A stretch of DNA of 64,000 nucleotides from Eledone cirrhosa (GCA_964016885.1 CAXHJY010000056.1:5209-69208); one strand, 5' to 3'. Positions 44,054 to 60,042 are shown, counted from the stretch's first letter. The notes: generated from the letters alone by a model not told the origin. Program-made: numbers and translations.

Positions 44054-44497
44054 TACACGTGTGGTGTGTGTATGCAAAAGGTGGTGAGAAAGATATTTAA
44101 TTAAAAGAGGCTCTAGACAGTGGTAGCAGAAATAGAATTCTTACGACGGGATTTCTTTGTTTTTATTAAACATACATTTACATTCATTCTGAAAATATAT
44201 ACATCACACTCCCCACTGTCACCCTTTCTGTGTATATATACATACAGACACACACATATATATCTATTTATGTACACAACAACACATATATATGTGTGTA
44301 TGTGTGTGTTTGTGCATAGAACAATTAAAAAATATACAGACGTCAGGTGTAGGTAGATAGTTAGTCCATTGATTTACGATCGTTTCCGAGGGTCGGTTAA
44401 TTGATAAAGATCGTTGTATCGATTTATATGGTAGTGGTTAAGATACTACCTATTTCTAGCCTCGAAATCCCTGTTCAATAGGCTATTTTCATCAGAA

Positions 44498-44563
<66 letters not shown>

Positions 44564-44588
44564 GAAAATGTTCAAGACCTCTCCTTCG

Positions 44589-44644
<56 letters not shown>

Positions 44645-45302
44645 TACAGAATAATCAAAACTATGTTCAAAACATGCTGGCAATCGTTTCTTCCAAACTT
44701 TCGTTTGGAATCGTCGGAGCACTAGCAAAGTTTAGACATATAATTAACCTCCTATTCCACAGAACAATCGTAAAGATACGTAGATGTGTAGATGTTAGTG
44801 ATGTCATTAACAGTGTCATATTTAAAGAGTGAAGATGATGTGGTCAGTATCAGTGGATGCGACAAAGATTATAAAAGAATAATACAACAATTATAGAGGA
44901 ATTAAAGAAGAAAGTTACTCGCAAAATGAGGACTTTAGCAGTACATATGCAAACATAGAAAGAGTGCAGATGTGTTAGGCATGTACAGAATAACCAGGTA
45001 AGAAACAAGCAATGGTACTAAGCATATATATCACAGTATGGCAAAGGTATCATATAATACAATACAGGTATAAAAGCATATTAAGCAGACAGAGAATCTT
45101 GTGTATGAAAGGCAATTTCTATGAAGTTTATGGTGGATGTAGTGTGATAATTGTTCCGGTAATCTTCAAATGTGTATGTGTTGTGAGTATTAATATTAAT
45201 ACTTTCCTTTCCATTACATTGGTTAAATTTTAGTAAATGTTTATCAGTAGTTACAACTGTGGATTGTATATTGGTCCTATTACAATCTTATCAAGGGTTC
45301 GA

Positions 45303-45415
45303 GAACCAGATGGACCATAACGCACCAGAGTACTCAATACTTAGGGTAGTAGAGTGGGTAATAGGAAAATGTTCAAAACCCCGACGGCAGAGCTCAAGCC
45401 GTTTCAACGGCTGTT
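45303..45415 (-). mobile_element. Family A PLE-type fragment
   Basis: Reverse complement of the family A body. Confidence 0.75.
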
Positions 45416-45442
45416 TCTGGACACACACACACACACATATAT

Positions 45443-45658
45443 TTCATTTTCATTTTTCATTTCATGTCCACTTTTTCCCTGCTTGCAAGGGTGGGACGGG
45501 AACTGATTCTGGCTTGATTTCTACAGCTGGATGCCCTTCCTAACACCAACCTCATTTACAGTGAGTGCTGGGTGCTTTTTTGCCGTGGCACCTCCACGAC
45601 CACTTTGCAGTGGAATGATAGGGACCCCAGTCCCTATCATCTCATTTCTACAGCTGAG
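45443..45658 (-). mobile_element. 3' half of the SINE seen at 57297-57630
   Basis: Near reverse complement of 57425-57620. Confidence 0.85.
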
Positions 45659-45869
45659 TAATATATATAATAAATCTGGCTGCTTTGTCTAGCAGGTTTA
45701 ACAACCACGTAAATACTCTCTCTCGTTGGTGAGATAACAGTGGCATCTGGTTGACATCTTTTTTAAAGATGTAAGTTCAGTTGTATCAGCATTTTAGTAG
45801 GAAGAATGTTATTTCTCCAATATAGAAAAATGTAGGTGGATTGTTCTGTCTCATTGACACTTCTAGCAA

Positions 45870-45938
<69 letters not shown>

Positions 45939-46027
45939 ATATATTATACATACACATATATATGTATGTGTAATATATATATACTATATATATATATATA
46001 ATATATATATATATGTACATATAATAT

Positions 46028-46059
<32 letters not shown>

Positions 46060-46110
46060 ATATATATATATATATATAATATATATATATGTACATATAA
46101 TATATATATA

Positions 46111-46222
<112 letters not shown>

Positions 46223-46308
46223 TATATGTACATATAATATATATATATATTTATTTATATATATATATATATGTACATATAATATATATATATTTATTTA
46301 TATATATG

Positions 46309-46351
<43 letters not shown>

Positions 46352-46449
46352 ATATATATAATATATATATAAATGTACATATAATATATATATATATATG
46401 GATGACAGTTACTCTGTATTGTTTATGCAATAGCATATGTTAAAAGTCC

Positions 46450-46482
<33 letters not shown>

Positions 46483-46507
46483 ACAACAACAACACATGAT
46501 AATAGCA

Positions 46508-46700
46508 ATAATTGTTTCTACTTTTGGCACAAGGCCAGAAATTATCCAGTACATTACTGGTACTTTATTTTATCGACCCCGTAAGGATGAAAGGCAAAGT
46601 TAACCTCGGCGGGATTTGAACTCAGAATGGCAAGGGCCGTAACTCTATGCGTCAAAGCATGGCGTCCGACCCTCTACCGACACTGCCAATTCACCACCCT
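46508..46700 (-). mobile_element. Full-length SINE
   Basis: A and B boxes plus core on the minus strand. Confidence 0.92.
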
Positions 46701-46740
46701 TATATGTGTGTGGCCGTAAGCTATAGCTTTTTTAGCTTCT

Positions 46741-47812
46741 AGGTAGGTCCAGCACTGACCACACACATATATATATATACACAGACGTATAGACATACAT
46801 ATAGACATACATACACAGACTGACCACACACACATAGACAGACATATACATACATACACAGACTGACCACACACACATAGACAGACATACATACACAGAC
46901 GTAGACATACATACACAGACGTAGACAGACATATAGACATACATACATACACAGACTGACCACACACACATAGACAGACATACATACATACACAGATGTA
47001 GACAGACATACACAGACTGACCACACACACACATACATACATACATACACAGACTGACCACACACACACATACATACATACATACATACACAGTCTGTGT
47101 ATGTATGTATGTCTGTCTATGTGTGTGTGTGGTCAGTCTGTGTATGTATGTATGTCTGTGTATGTCTGTCTGTGTGTATGTGGTCAGTCTGTGTATGTCT
47201 GTCTACGTCTGTGTATGTATGTATGTATGTGTGTGTATGTGGTCAGTCTGTGTATGTATGTGTATGTCTGTGTATGTCTGTCTATGTGTGTGTGGTCAGT
47301 CTGTGTATGTCTGTCTATATGCATACACAGACTGACCATACACACATAGACACACATACAGGTAAGTCCAGCACTGACCGCACACACACATAGAGACACA
47401 CACAGACACACACACATATAGACACATACATAGACACACATACATAGACACACACACATAGACACACGCATAGACACACATACATATACACACATACATA
47501 GACACACACACATATACACACATACATAGAGACACATACATAGACACACATACATATACACACACATATACACACATACATAGACACACACACATATACA
47601 CACACATATACACACACATATACACACATACATAGACACACACACATATACACACATACATAGACACACATACATAGACACACACACAGACACACACACA
47701 TAGACACACACACATATACACACATACATAGACACACACACATATACACACACACATAGAGACACACACTTAGAGACACATACATATACACACACACATA
47801 CACACATACACA
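46741..47812. repeat. CAGACTGACC/(CA)n-rich minisatellite with an internal inversion
   Basis: Orientation flips at about 47093 and flips back at about 47320. Confidence 0.85.
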
Positions 47813-47936
47813 GATGTTGATCATCATCGTCTACATCATCAACGTCATCACAGTCCTTAGCATCATCATCATCACCATCATTACCATTAGTATTACCACA
47901 ATCATCATCATCATCAGCAGCAGCATCACCATTATA

Positions 47937-48104
47937 GCACAGAGTTATGGCTCTTTACGTTCTGAGTTCGAATCCCGCCGAGGTTAGCTTTGCCTTTCAT
48001 CCTTTCGGGGGGTCGACAGAATAAAGTACCAGTAATGCACCAGGGTCGATTTAATCGACTTCCCCCCGTCCCCACGATTGCTGGCCTTGTGCCTGTAGTA
48101 TAAA
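47937..48104 (+). mobile_element. SINE, 5'-truncated
   Basis: B box plus core. Confidence 0.88.
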
Positions 48105-48962
48105 CCATCATCATCATCATCATCATAGCTTCCATAATCATTATTATTGTAGTTGTTCTAGTTGTTGCTATAGTTGTTGTACTTCTTGTTGTTATTGTTA
48201 TTGTTGTTGTTGTTGTTATTGTTGTTGTTGTTGATATTGTTATTTTTGTTGTTGTTGCTATAGTTGTTGTTGTTGTTGTTGTTATTTTTATGTTGTTGTT
48301 ATTGTTGTTGATATTGTTATTGTTGATGTTGTTGCTATTGTTGTTATTGTTGTTATTGTAGTTGTTGCTATTGTTATTGTTGTTGTTGTTGTTATTGTTG
48401 TTGATATCGTTATTGTTGTTATTGTTGTTGTTGCTATTGTTATTGTTGTTGTTGTTGTTATTGTTGTTGCTATTTTTGTCGTTGTTGTTGATATTGTTGT
48501 TATTGTAGTTGTTGCTATTGTTATTGTTGTTGTTGTTGCTATTGTTGTTGATATTGTTATTGTTGTTATTGTAGTTGTTGCTATTGTTATTGTTGTTGTT
48601 GTTGCTATTTTTGTGGTTGTTGTTGATATTGTTATTGTTGTTGCTATTGTTGTAGTACTTGTTGCTATTTTTGTTATTGTTGTTGCTATTGCTATTGTTG
48701 TTGTTGTTGTCCCCTCTTTCCCGGTTTATCAACCCCTTCACCTACCCCCGGAGCCAGTAGCTGTGACCTGGGCTAGAAGGTAAATGAGTGGAGTACTTAC
48801 TACTTTTAGCTTACCTGTATAAGGTGTGGGGGGAGGTGAGGTGGAATGCCATAAAAGGTCATTATTTACAGGTAGAAATACACAGTCTGTACGTTTGTAT
48901 ATATACATACTTATATATATATATATACATGTATACACACACACACACACACATATATATAT

Positions 48963-49237
48963 ATGCAAAAGTTCTATTTAAAATTGTTGGGATACAACAA
49001 GTAAATATTTTATAACTGATATAAAGCACTCGACAAGTTTTTGGAGTAGATATACAGATAGACAGCTTCCAAAAATAATGGTTGCATCTAATAGGGTACG
49101 TCAAAATTATTTATAAAACTGTTTATATATTGTATTTTGTCTGATGAAGGCATACCATATTTTAATTTGGTATCCCTGAAATATGTATAATGAAATAAAT
49201 ATGGTTTTATAAATATAGTTTCCATTTATTTAATATC

Positions 49238-49288
<51 letters not shown>

Positions 49289-49701
49289 CTCCTATATATA
49301 TATATCACCTCCTCACTATTTCTCTCTCCCATATCTCTCTGTGTTTTTCTTTACATACATTTCTTCCTTTTCTCCGTCTTTCTTTCTAACTGTGCTTAAC
49401 ACTAAATATTTATAAACATTTCACTACCAAACCAACTTCTTAAATGGAAGTTGATCAATATTTATGGTACGTCAAATTTATTTATAAAACTGCTTATATA
49501 TTGTATTTTATCTGAAGAAGGCATGCCATATTTTTAATATGGTATCCCTGAAATATGTATAATGAAATAAATATGGTTTTATAAATATAGTTTCCATTTG
49601 TTTAATATCGTATATCTACTCCAAAACTTGTTGAGTGCTTTATATCAGTTATAAAATATTTACTCGTTGTAACCCAACAATTTTAAATAAAACCTTTGCA
49701 T
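48963..49701 (+). mobile_element. Cluster of family D PLE-type fragments with hammerheads at 49141 and 49512
   Basis: Minus tail 48963-49055, plus body 49095-49240, plus body and tail 49425-49701. Confidence 0.78.
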
Positions 49702-49928
49702 ATATATATACGTTTTTCGAAATATTTACTTCTGCGTTCACAGATTGATTTTTTTTTTTTAGTTTCAGAAGACCCCGTTAAGGGTGAAAGCAACGATTCT
49801 TTGCATAAACTTTAATCTGTTATTTTAATAAATATTTGCTCTATGGTTTTATATATTATGATATATATATTATCCTTATCGACCCCTCTTCGGACTTTAG
49901 TCTTCACATTATTATTACTTATGGCATA

Positions 49929-50122
49929 AGGCGGTGGATTGGCAGTATCGGTAGAGGGTCGGACGCCGTGCTTTGACGCATAGAGTTACGGTCCTTGCCG
50001 TTCTGAGTTCAAATCCCGCCGAGGTTTACTTTGCCTTTCATCCTTACGGGGTCGATAAAATAAAGTACCAGTAATGCACTGGGTAATTGCTGGCCTTGTG
50101 CCAAAAGTAGAAACAATTATTA
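49929..50122 (+). mobile_element. Full-length SINE
   Basis: A and B boxes, core, (ATT)n tail. Confidence 0.93.
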
Positions 50123-50221
50123 TTACTATATATATATACACACACACACACACATATACATATATACGTAAACACATACACAAACACACACATGTATATA
50201 TAACTATATATATCAGTATAT

Positions 50222-50405
50222 GATTGACGGTTGAGAGAAAGGAGTACTCAATACCGAAGAAGAGTTTTAATATTCATTTTATTAAGGTTAAATAGTGAGT
50301 CTTGTTACTCTGGAGTTTCGTCTGTGTATCACAGGACTATCATGCCTGATGACCCTGTGATAAACAGGCGAAACTCCGGAGTAACAAGACTCACTATTTA
50401 GCCTG
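50222..50405 (-). mobile_element. PLE-type fold-back element, family E, hammerhead core at 50346-50383 on the plus arm
   Basis: CTGATGA-CCCTGT...ACAGGC-GAAACTCCGGAGTA; inverted arms about 50285-50335 / 50352-50404. Confidence 0.75.
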
Positions 50406-50793
50406 GAAGATAGAAAAAAACTTACCTCAACACTTAATTTTAAATCTTTAATTTTTAGTTTATAATCCTTAATTCTTTTTAATATTTTTTAATACTCAAC
50501 ATTTGATAAGATGAATTTTCCTAATACATCGAAACCGGTTATACTTTATAATATATTCTATATACTCTATATACTTTATATACTTTATATACTTTATAAA
50601 ACTCTTTTTTTAAAAGAATTGTTCCTCTCATTTTTTCAATAATGTCACTTTGACGAATCAAAGAAAGGAAAAAAGGAAAAACATTAAACGTTAAATATAT
50701 TTTCCGTGCTATTTCCAATTCCACTTTTTCTCTATAACCATTGTTTTGTATAGAACCTTATTTCCCTTTTCTAATATATATATATATATATAT

Positions 50794-50992
50794 AGTTTTA
50801 ATATAGATGAGATTCTACAGGACTAGAACTGTTTCATTCTTTAGAAATCATCAGGAATCTCATCCTGATGATTTCTAAAGAATGAAACAGTTCTAGTCCT
50901 GTAGAATCTCATCTATATTAAAACTTTTATATTCTGCTATGTATTGAGTACCTTACTTACTGTGGTTACCTCCGATTCAACCCGGAATAACG
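50794..50992 (+). mobile_element. PLE-type fold-back element, family B (second copy)
   Basis: Near-identical to 9421-9600 but with a different fold-back junction; followed by an inverted family B/C-like tail at 51080-51140. Confidence 0.82.
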
Positions 50993-50994
50993 TA

Positions 50995-51051
<57 letters not shown>

Positions 51052-51192
51052 CTGTCTGTGCATGTCTGTCTGTGTGAGTCCCGGATTCAATCGAGGGTAA
51101 CCACAGTAAATAAGGTACTCAATATATTAGTAGAGTGTATATATATTATACACACACACACACACACACACATATATGTATATATATATATG

Positions 51193-51229
<37 letters not shown>

Positions 51230-51691
51230 CCACTCCTCTCATCCACTCATCCATTCACTGAAAACATTCATTTTTGTATGATACACACCCATTTGGTGTT
51301 GGTGTAACGGTGGGTGGGTCGGGTACATTGAAAAGGAAAGGGTTAATTTGTAGAATAAGCGATAAATACAAAAGGCACAGCGGACCATGTAGAAGCGATT
51401 TAAACCAACCCTAACCCGACCTCATGTTTTGGGGCTCTGCTCACCCTTTGTCCACCCCATACTGTGCTGGTGTTCCCGTGTCAAGCGAATCCCTTAAGTT
51501 CGTTGAAAATCAACCAACCGTGAGATTCCCAGTTTTTCTTATTTATATATTTATTTGTTTGTTTGTTTGTTTAGTGTGTAGCGTTTTGTTTAGGGACTAC
51601 ATTGTATTGTTGTAGTAGTAGTGGTGGTGGTAGTGGCGGTAGTAGTGGTGGTGGTAGTGGTTGGTGGTGGTGGTAGTAGTGGTGGTAGTAC

Positions 51692-51740
<49 letters not shown>

Positions 51741-52011
51741 GGTGGTGGTAGTACTAGTAGTGGTGGTGATAGTAGTAGTACTGGTGGTGGTGGGAGTAGT
51801 AGTAGTGGTGGTGGTGGTGGTTGGTGGTGGTGGTAGTACTAGTAGTGGTGGTGGTGGTGGGAGTAGTAGTAGTAGTAGTAGTGGTGGTGGTGGTTGTGGT
51901 GATTGTTGTTGTCATAGTGGTTGTTTTTGTTGAGGTTTTGTAGTAGTAGTAGTAGTAGTAGTAGCAGTATTGGTGGTAGTAGTAGTAGTTGTAGTGGTGG
52001 TGGTGGTCGCG

Positions 52012-52055
<44 letters not shown>

Positions 52056-52889
52056 GGTCGCGGTAGTAGTTTAGATTTACAAGGAAAAAGTGAGTAATGC
52101 ACTGAATGGTGTAAGAGGTGGTGTGGGTGTCAGGGTGTTGGTGTAGAGAGAGCTATGTTAGTGACAGGGTGGGTGGTAACATACGGGGTGGGTGAACGTG
52201 AAAAGCCAAGGACGAGATGACCAAGGGACAAATGTTCCCTCATTCTTCCGTTCCAGAATAACTAACACAAAGTTTATCTATTTATATGAATCCGTGAGGT
52301 GGGGTGGCTGATGCAGCGGGTGTTGCTGGCTATTGTTCGCGGAAATGCTTTTGCGGTCTTTTCCGCAGCGCCCTAGGCCCAGAGCCCCTCCCCCTCCTAT
52401 TCTTATGTGACCCTAAAGCACTGGCCTTTCCTTTCATTTTTCGCTTTTAAATATCTTTAGTGTTGTTGTTATTTGAAATTGATTTGTTTACGATTTTTAA
52501 AAAAATTTATTAATAAAACATATTTTACAATTTGTAAATTTTTTTATATTTACAAAAGACACACACAAAAAAAAAACAATTAATGGTGTGGTGGTGGTGG
52601 TGGTGGTGGGGATAAACTCAACACCTTTGATTGGTGTTTCTTGGGCATTTAAAGCCAGGTGGAGCCCATCCCTCTCCAGGCCTGAGTACAGAAGATTTCT
52701 TCCAGAGAAAGATAGAAAGAGAGAAAGAGAGGAAATGTGAAATATCTATAGAGGAAGAATTGATCCCAGTACTTGACTGTTGGTGCTTTTAAGTTAGACC
52801 TGGCCTGGGCGAATACTGGCCAAACCCTATATATATTCCAACTCGTGTGCCCCTTCTCCACATTTTATAATTATTATTTACTCCCACAC

Positions 52890-53085
52890 GGGCGGTGGAT
52901 TGGCAGTATCGGTAGAGGGTCGGAAGGCATGCTTTCCAGCATAGTTACGTCCCTTTACGATCTGAGTTCAAATCCCGCCGAGGTTGACTTTGCCTTTCAT
53001 CCTTACGGGGTCGGGGTCGATAAAATAAAGTACCAGTAATGCACTGGATAATTGCTGGCCTTGTGCCTAAAGTAGAAACAATTAT
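52890..53085 (+). mobile_element. Full-length SINE
   Basis: A and B boxes plus core. Confidence 0.93.
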
Positions 53086-53385
53086 TTACTCCCACACGAG
53101 ATACAGAAAATGCCAACTAAAACAAAAACAAACTCCAATAGACAATTATTAAATATATATATAAATAAATCAATGGTATTGTTAATTAATAAATAAATTA
53201 ACTAATACCTTAACACTACACACGAAGTAAAATATTTTGTTTTAAACATTTTCTAACCCAGAAAAAAGAGAAAAAAAATAAAGGGAAAAAAATATATTTG
53301 TCTTCCTAATAATCGTCTTTTCTCCCTTTTTACATATGTGTGTGTGTGTGATATATATAATATCTGTATATATATATATATATTT

Positions 53386-53456
<71 letters not shown>

Positions 53457-53480
53457 ATTATACATATATATATATATATA

Positions 53481-54014
<534 letters not shown>

Positions 54015-54015
54015 C

Positions 54016-54254
<239 letters not shown>

Positions 54255-55442
54255 AGTAGAAGGGGTATTTAATTTGTTGGAAATCCGACAAATATAAATG
54301 TGTATAACTGATTTAGAGCACTCAACAAGTTACTGGAGTAAATATTCAATGATATTAAATAAATGGAAACTATATTTATAAAACCATATTTATTTTATTA
54401 TATATATTTCAAGCGAAACAAGACAACATGGGTGCGCTTTCATCAGATAAAATACAAAGTTTGTTTTATAAGTAGAGACGTACCCATGAAAATCATACCT
54501 TATCAGTTGGAAATTCACTGGATAGGGATTATTCAAACTTATGTGTGAATATGCAAATGAATATGTAAATAATTGAAAAACAACCCTTTATTTAAACGAA
54601 TATGGAGAGAGAGAGAGAATATATAAGGGGAGAAAGATGAAAAATAGTACGAGAGGGAGAGAGAGAAGAAATAAACAAGAGAGGATGAATAAAACTCATA
54701 TAATTGGGGGTAGTATATATCTTAATAGTACGTGTATTTACGATTATTAGTTGTTTAAAATACGTTTATAATATATTTTCTGTTATAAGTAGATAAATAA
54801 ATAAATAGATAAATAAATAAATAGATGGGTATATCATGTTATAGATAATGGTTTTAATGAGTTATGAGGGATATTGGTTTTGTATTTAATGTAAGTAAAT
54901 ATTAAGTTAAATTATATTAAATTAACTGAGTTAATAAGAATATTTATATTTATATATTTTAAAATGGGAAGATACGGAAAAACTCCAGTTTAATTTATTT
55001 ATTCGTTAGTGTGAGACAATTTAGTCAAAATAAGTATAATTGTTGAAAGATATATTTAGCCAGAATCAGTTAGTGGTAGTGGTTAAAAATATTGAAAAAA
55101 TATAAAAAATTTGAGAAAATTTTTTTAAAAGATAATTTATAAGAAATAAAAATTAAAGAAATAAAAATAAAGAATTAAAAATTATTAAGATTAAAATTAC
55201 AATTAAAATTAAAATTTAAAAAAAAATTAGAATTATATATGTATATATTTTAAGAAACTTTAAGAAGTGGAATTATAGCAAATGTTATAGATATTATGAT
55301 TTAGAGATATCAATATATTAAAACCAAGTGGATAAGATTGTTATGGAAATAAGTAGAAATATTATAAGTATAATTATAATTTATATATAGTGCTGAATGT
55401 TGAATTCAGGCGATGTCTACAAGAATTAAATAAATTTAATAT

Positions 55443-55447
<5 letters not shown>
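54255..55447 (-). mobile_element. Longer PLE 3' fragment: ORF end, AT-rich 3' UTR, hammerhead (54388-54455) and tail
   Basis: Minus strand encodes LNLFNSCRHRLNSTFSTIYKL*, resembling the C-terminal CRH motif of Penelope ORFs; family D-like hammerhead and tail hairpin. Confidence 0.6.
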
Positions 55448-55494
<47 letters not shown>

Positions 55495-55497
<3 letters not shown>

Positions 55498-55666
55498 AAA
55501 TGAGATCTTTAATATATCTCATAAAATAATACAGCCAATTATACACACAATACAATATAGTTAGCACCCCAAACGTTTAATTGGGAATATACTCCGGTAT
55601 TTCCTAATGTTTGTTGAGTGAATTGGAAATTGGTCTGAGTATCGCTCATAGCTTTCTCCGTTTATG

Positions 55667-55668
<2 letters not shown>
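55495..55668 (+). mobile_element. PLE-type 3' terminus, family L
   Basis: Hammerhead 3' half GAAATGAGAT...ATCTCATA; tail hairpin 55590-55620; (TA)n at both ends. Confidence 0.6.
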
Positions 55669-55702
<34 letters not shown>

Positions 55703-55714
55703 GTACACACACGC

Positions 55715-55761
<47 letters not shown>

Positions 55762-55772
55762 TATATATATAT

Positions 55773-55790
55773 ATGAGTATATATATATGA

Positions 55791-55833
<43 letters not shown>

Positions 55834-55858
55834 TATATATATGAGTATATATATATGA

Positions 55859-55893
<35 letters not shown>

Positions 55894-55918
55894 TATATAT
55901 ATGAGTATATATATATGA

Positions 55919-55987
<69 letters not shown>

Positions 55988-56000
55988 TATATATATATGA

Positions 56001-56065
<65 letters not shown>

Positions 56066-56078
56066 TATATATATATGA

Positions 56079-56131
<53 letters not shown>

Positions 56132-56144
56132 TATATATATATGA

Positions 56145-56189
<45 letters not shown>

Positions 56190-56268
56190 TATATATATGA
56201 GTATATATATATGAGTATATATATATATATATATATATATGAGTATATATATGAGTATATATATATGA

Positions 56269-56329
<61 letters not shown>

Positions 56330-56354
56330 TATATATATGAGTATATATATATGA

Positions 56355-56431
<77 letters not shown>

Positions 56432-56450
56432 TATATATATATGAGTATAT
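55773..56450. repeat. (TA)n interrupted by recurring TGAG
   Basis: Seen directly. Confidence 0.9.
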
Positions 56451-56479
56451 ATACATATATGTATATATATATATATACT

Positions 56480-56981
56480 CATTTCTCTCTTTCTCTCTTA
56501 CTGCTTCCCCGTTCTCTCTGTTTCTCTCACCTTCTTTCGCCCCCTCTGTCAGTTACACTTTCTCTCGACTGACCTCTTCCTCGCACTTCCACTCACTCAC
56601 TCTCTGTTTCTCCCCTTCTCACTTCCTCCCGTTCGTTAGTAGTGGGGTTCCTTCTTTCTCACACCTCATTCACGGCGGCTGGTCTGTTTTCTGACCGCTC
56701 ATGAAATTCACCCGGCTTAGGCTGACCGGATAACCATCATGTTGCTTGCTGTTTTCCTACCTTCGGTTTGCTTTCCTTCTATGTTGTTTACTTGTCTCAC
56801 TCGCTTTACGCGATTCACTTGTCCCAATAGCTTATTTTAGTTATTGCTCGCACCAACCTGAGGTATCTGATTTTTAATGCGATGAAATACCAATGATGGT
56901 TGGCAAATCACTGATGAGGGACTCATTTTATAATATGTAACCCATGTGCAACCACGCAGTATTCCTCTTTCTTCCCATGTT

Positions 56982-56988
<7 letters not shown>
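56480..56988 (+). mobile_element. Non-coding element of about 510 bp, family G monomer, in (TA)n
   Basis: Collinear with 59590-60040 plus 59520-59565, and with 5843-5950; CT-rich 5' part, CTGATGA motif near 3' end. Confidence 0.7.
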
Positions 56989-57019
<31 letters not shown>

Positions 57020-57070
57020 AAATATGAATTCCTACGTGTAAAAAATACATATAGGGAAACAAGTATTATC

Positions 57071-57167
<97 letters not shown>

Positions 57168-57296
57168 CATAGAGTGTATGTGTATATATATACATGGTGT
57201 GTGTATATATATATATGGAGTGTATGTATGGTGTGTGTATATATATATATATGGAGTGTATGTGTATATATATACATGGTGTGTGTATATATATAT

Positions 57297-57632
57297 ATGG
57301 AGGCACATGGCTTAGTGGTTAGAGCATTGGCCTTGCAATCGAAAGGTTGTGAGTTCAATTCTCAGACCGGGTGATGTGTTGTTTCCTTGAGCAAGACACT
57401 TTATTTCACATTGCTCCAGTTTACTCAGCTGTAGAAATGAGATGATAGGGACCTCCACTGCAAAGTGACGTGTAGGTGCCACGGCAAAAAAGCACCCAGC
57501 ACTCACTGTAAATGAGGTTGATGTTAGGAACGGCATCCAGCTGTAGAAATCAAGCTAGAATCAGTTCCCGTCCCACCCTTGCAAGCAGGGAAAAGCGGAC
57601 GTAAAATGAAATGATGAAATGATGATGATGAT
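57297..57632 (+). mobile_element. Full-length tRNA-derived SINE, second family
   Basis: A box TGGCTTAGTGGTTAG, B box GAGTTCAATTC, CORE-like ccttgagcaagacac, (ATG)n tail. Confidence 0.88.
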
Positions 57633-58067
57633 ATAGGAGAGAGTGAGAGAAAGGAAGTGAGAAAGACGTATGGAGGAAGAATCAACCCTAGTATTAGACT
57701 GGTACTTTAACTCACATTTACCAGAGCCAAAACAGAAATATCACATTTCCTCCGACACTCTACCGACTTTGCAACTCCCAACCCCCAACCCCACCCAAGC
57801 CCTGCCCCACCCTCCCTAGCCCTGCCCCAGCTCGCCTTATACCTTATCACTTCTCAACAGAGCACGCCGCGACCTTCTGTAGTGGAGCCAGAACAGAGCA
57901 AATGGAATATACCGGAGATAGACTTAAGATGTCTGCACGTTAGATTTGTTGGAAGACAGAGTCTGAAATAATGGTGGAAGGAAGAGTGTTATACTCCTGA
58001 GACTTGTAGAAGGTTCCAGATTGATCCGAACATGAAAGGAGGATAATACCCTCTAGATCATTATATA

Positions 58068-58138
<71 letters not shown>

Positions 58139-58160
58139 ATATTTCTTTATTTACTACAAA

Positions 58161-58440
<280 letters not shown>

Positions 58441-58462
58441 ATACATGTATATATATATATAT

Positions 58463-58508
<46 letters not shown>

Positions 58509-58532
58509 ATATATATATATATATACATGTAT

Positions 58533-58656
<124 letters not shown>

Positions 58657-58766
58657 ATACATGTATATATGTATATAGATATATACATATATAGATATGC
58701 ATTATATATACATATATATATATACATATATATATATATGTATATATATGTATATATATATACATG

Positions 58767-58798
<32 letters not shown>

Positions 58799-58974
58799 GA
58801 TATGTATATATATATATTATAAATATATAGATGTATATATATACATATATATATATATAAATTTTCGGCTCTGTTGGATAACATTGAGCTATAGCTTATA
58901 CTGTCATTTCTCTAATACAACGAGTGTGTTTAACTTTAATGCACTCAAGTATTTTTATCTTGTATATATATATG

Positions 58975-59043
<69 letters not shown>

Positions 59044-59305
59044 GCATATATTTTATATATATGAACTTCTTTCAAGATGTTTTCATCTCAAGAGAGCACA
59101 AACTATCTTTCATTAACCCCGTCATGTGTCTATGTTAGAAATCATCATCATCACCATCACCATCATCATCATCATCACCATCATCGTCATCAACAATATT
59201 AGACTATATATATATGTCGTGTTGTGTGGGTGAGTTATATATATTGGGTGTTGATTCTATAGAGTGTGTTGTGTGGCTTCTGATATATATAGATATATAT
59301 ATATA

Positions 59306-60039
59306 TATGAAAAAATGGCGTGCTGCGTGGTTGCAAATGGGTTATATATGAATAAAATTAGTCCTTCATCAGTGATCTTCCAGCCTTCATTGGTATTTCA
59401 TCGCTTGTGTCCCAACGACTTTCTTTAGCCGTTGCTCGCACCAACCAGAGGTATATGGTCTTTAAAGCGATGAAATACCAATGAAGGCTGGAAGATCACT
59501 GATGAAGGACTAATTTTATTCATATATAACCCATTTGCAACCACGCAGCACGCCATTTTTTCATATATTTATATATTTTCCTCCGCTGTGACCCGTCTGT
59601 TTCTTTCTTACTGCTTCCCCTTTCTCTGTATCTCTCACTTTCTTTTTACCCCCTCTGCCAGTCACTCTCTCTGTTAGCCTCTTCCTCACTCTTTCACTCA
59701 CTCTCTGCTACTCCCCCTCCATCACTTCCTCCCGTTTGACCTGTGTGAAATCCTTTTCTCGCTCACATTTCACCCAGGTTGGATGGTCTTTATCTCTCGT
59801 CTACGATTTCACAGAACTTAAGTTCATCGATTTCAGGGACTTGACTCCTTCTTCCTCACTTTTCGTTGCATTACCATCTTTGTTTGTTTACATGTCTCGC
59901 TCGTTTCACCCTATTATTTTACGTGTTCCAACGACATTCTTTAGCCGTTGCTCGACCCAACCGGAGGTATATGGTCTTTAAAGCGATGAAATACCAATGG
60001 AGGTTGGAAGATCACTGATGAAGGAATAAATTTATTCAT

Positions 60040-60042
<3 letters not shown>
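59306..60042 (+). mobile_element. Family G element: inverted arm of about 100 bp plus about 1.2 tandem units (period 516 bp)
   Basis: 59306-59405 is the reverse complement of 59466-59567; gcgatgaaatacc recurs at 59467 and 59983. Confidence 0.78.

Noticed and set aside
44640-45300. A-rich stretch that might be a decayed coding sequence
   Set aside because: No sustained frame or recognisable motif
57297-57372. tRNA gene
   Set aside because: A and B boxes are present, but there is no acceptor stem and the sequence continues into a SINE body
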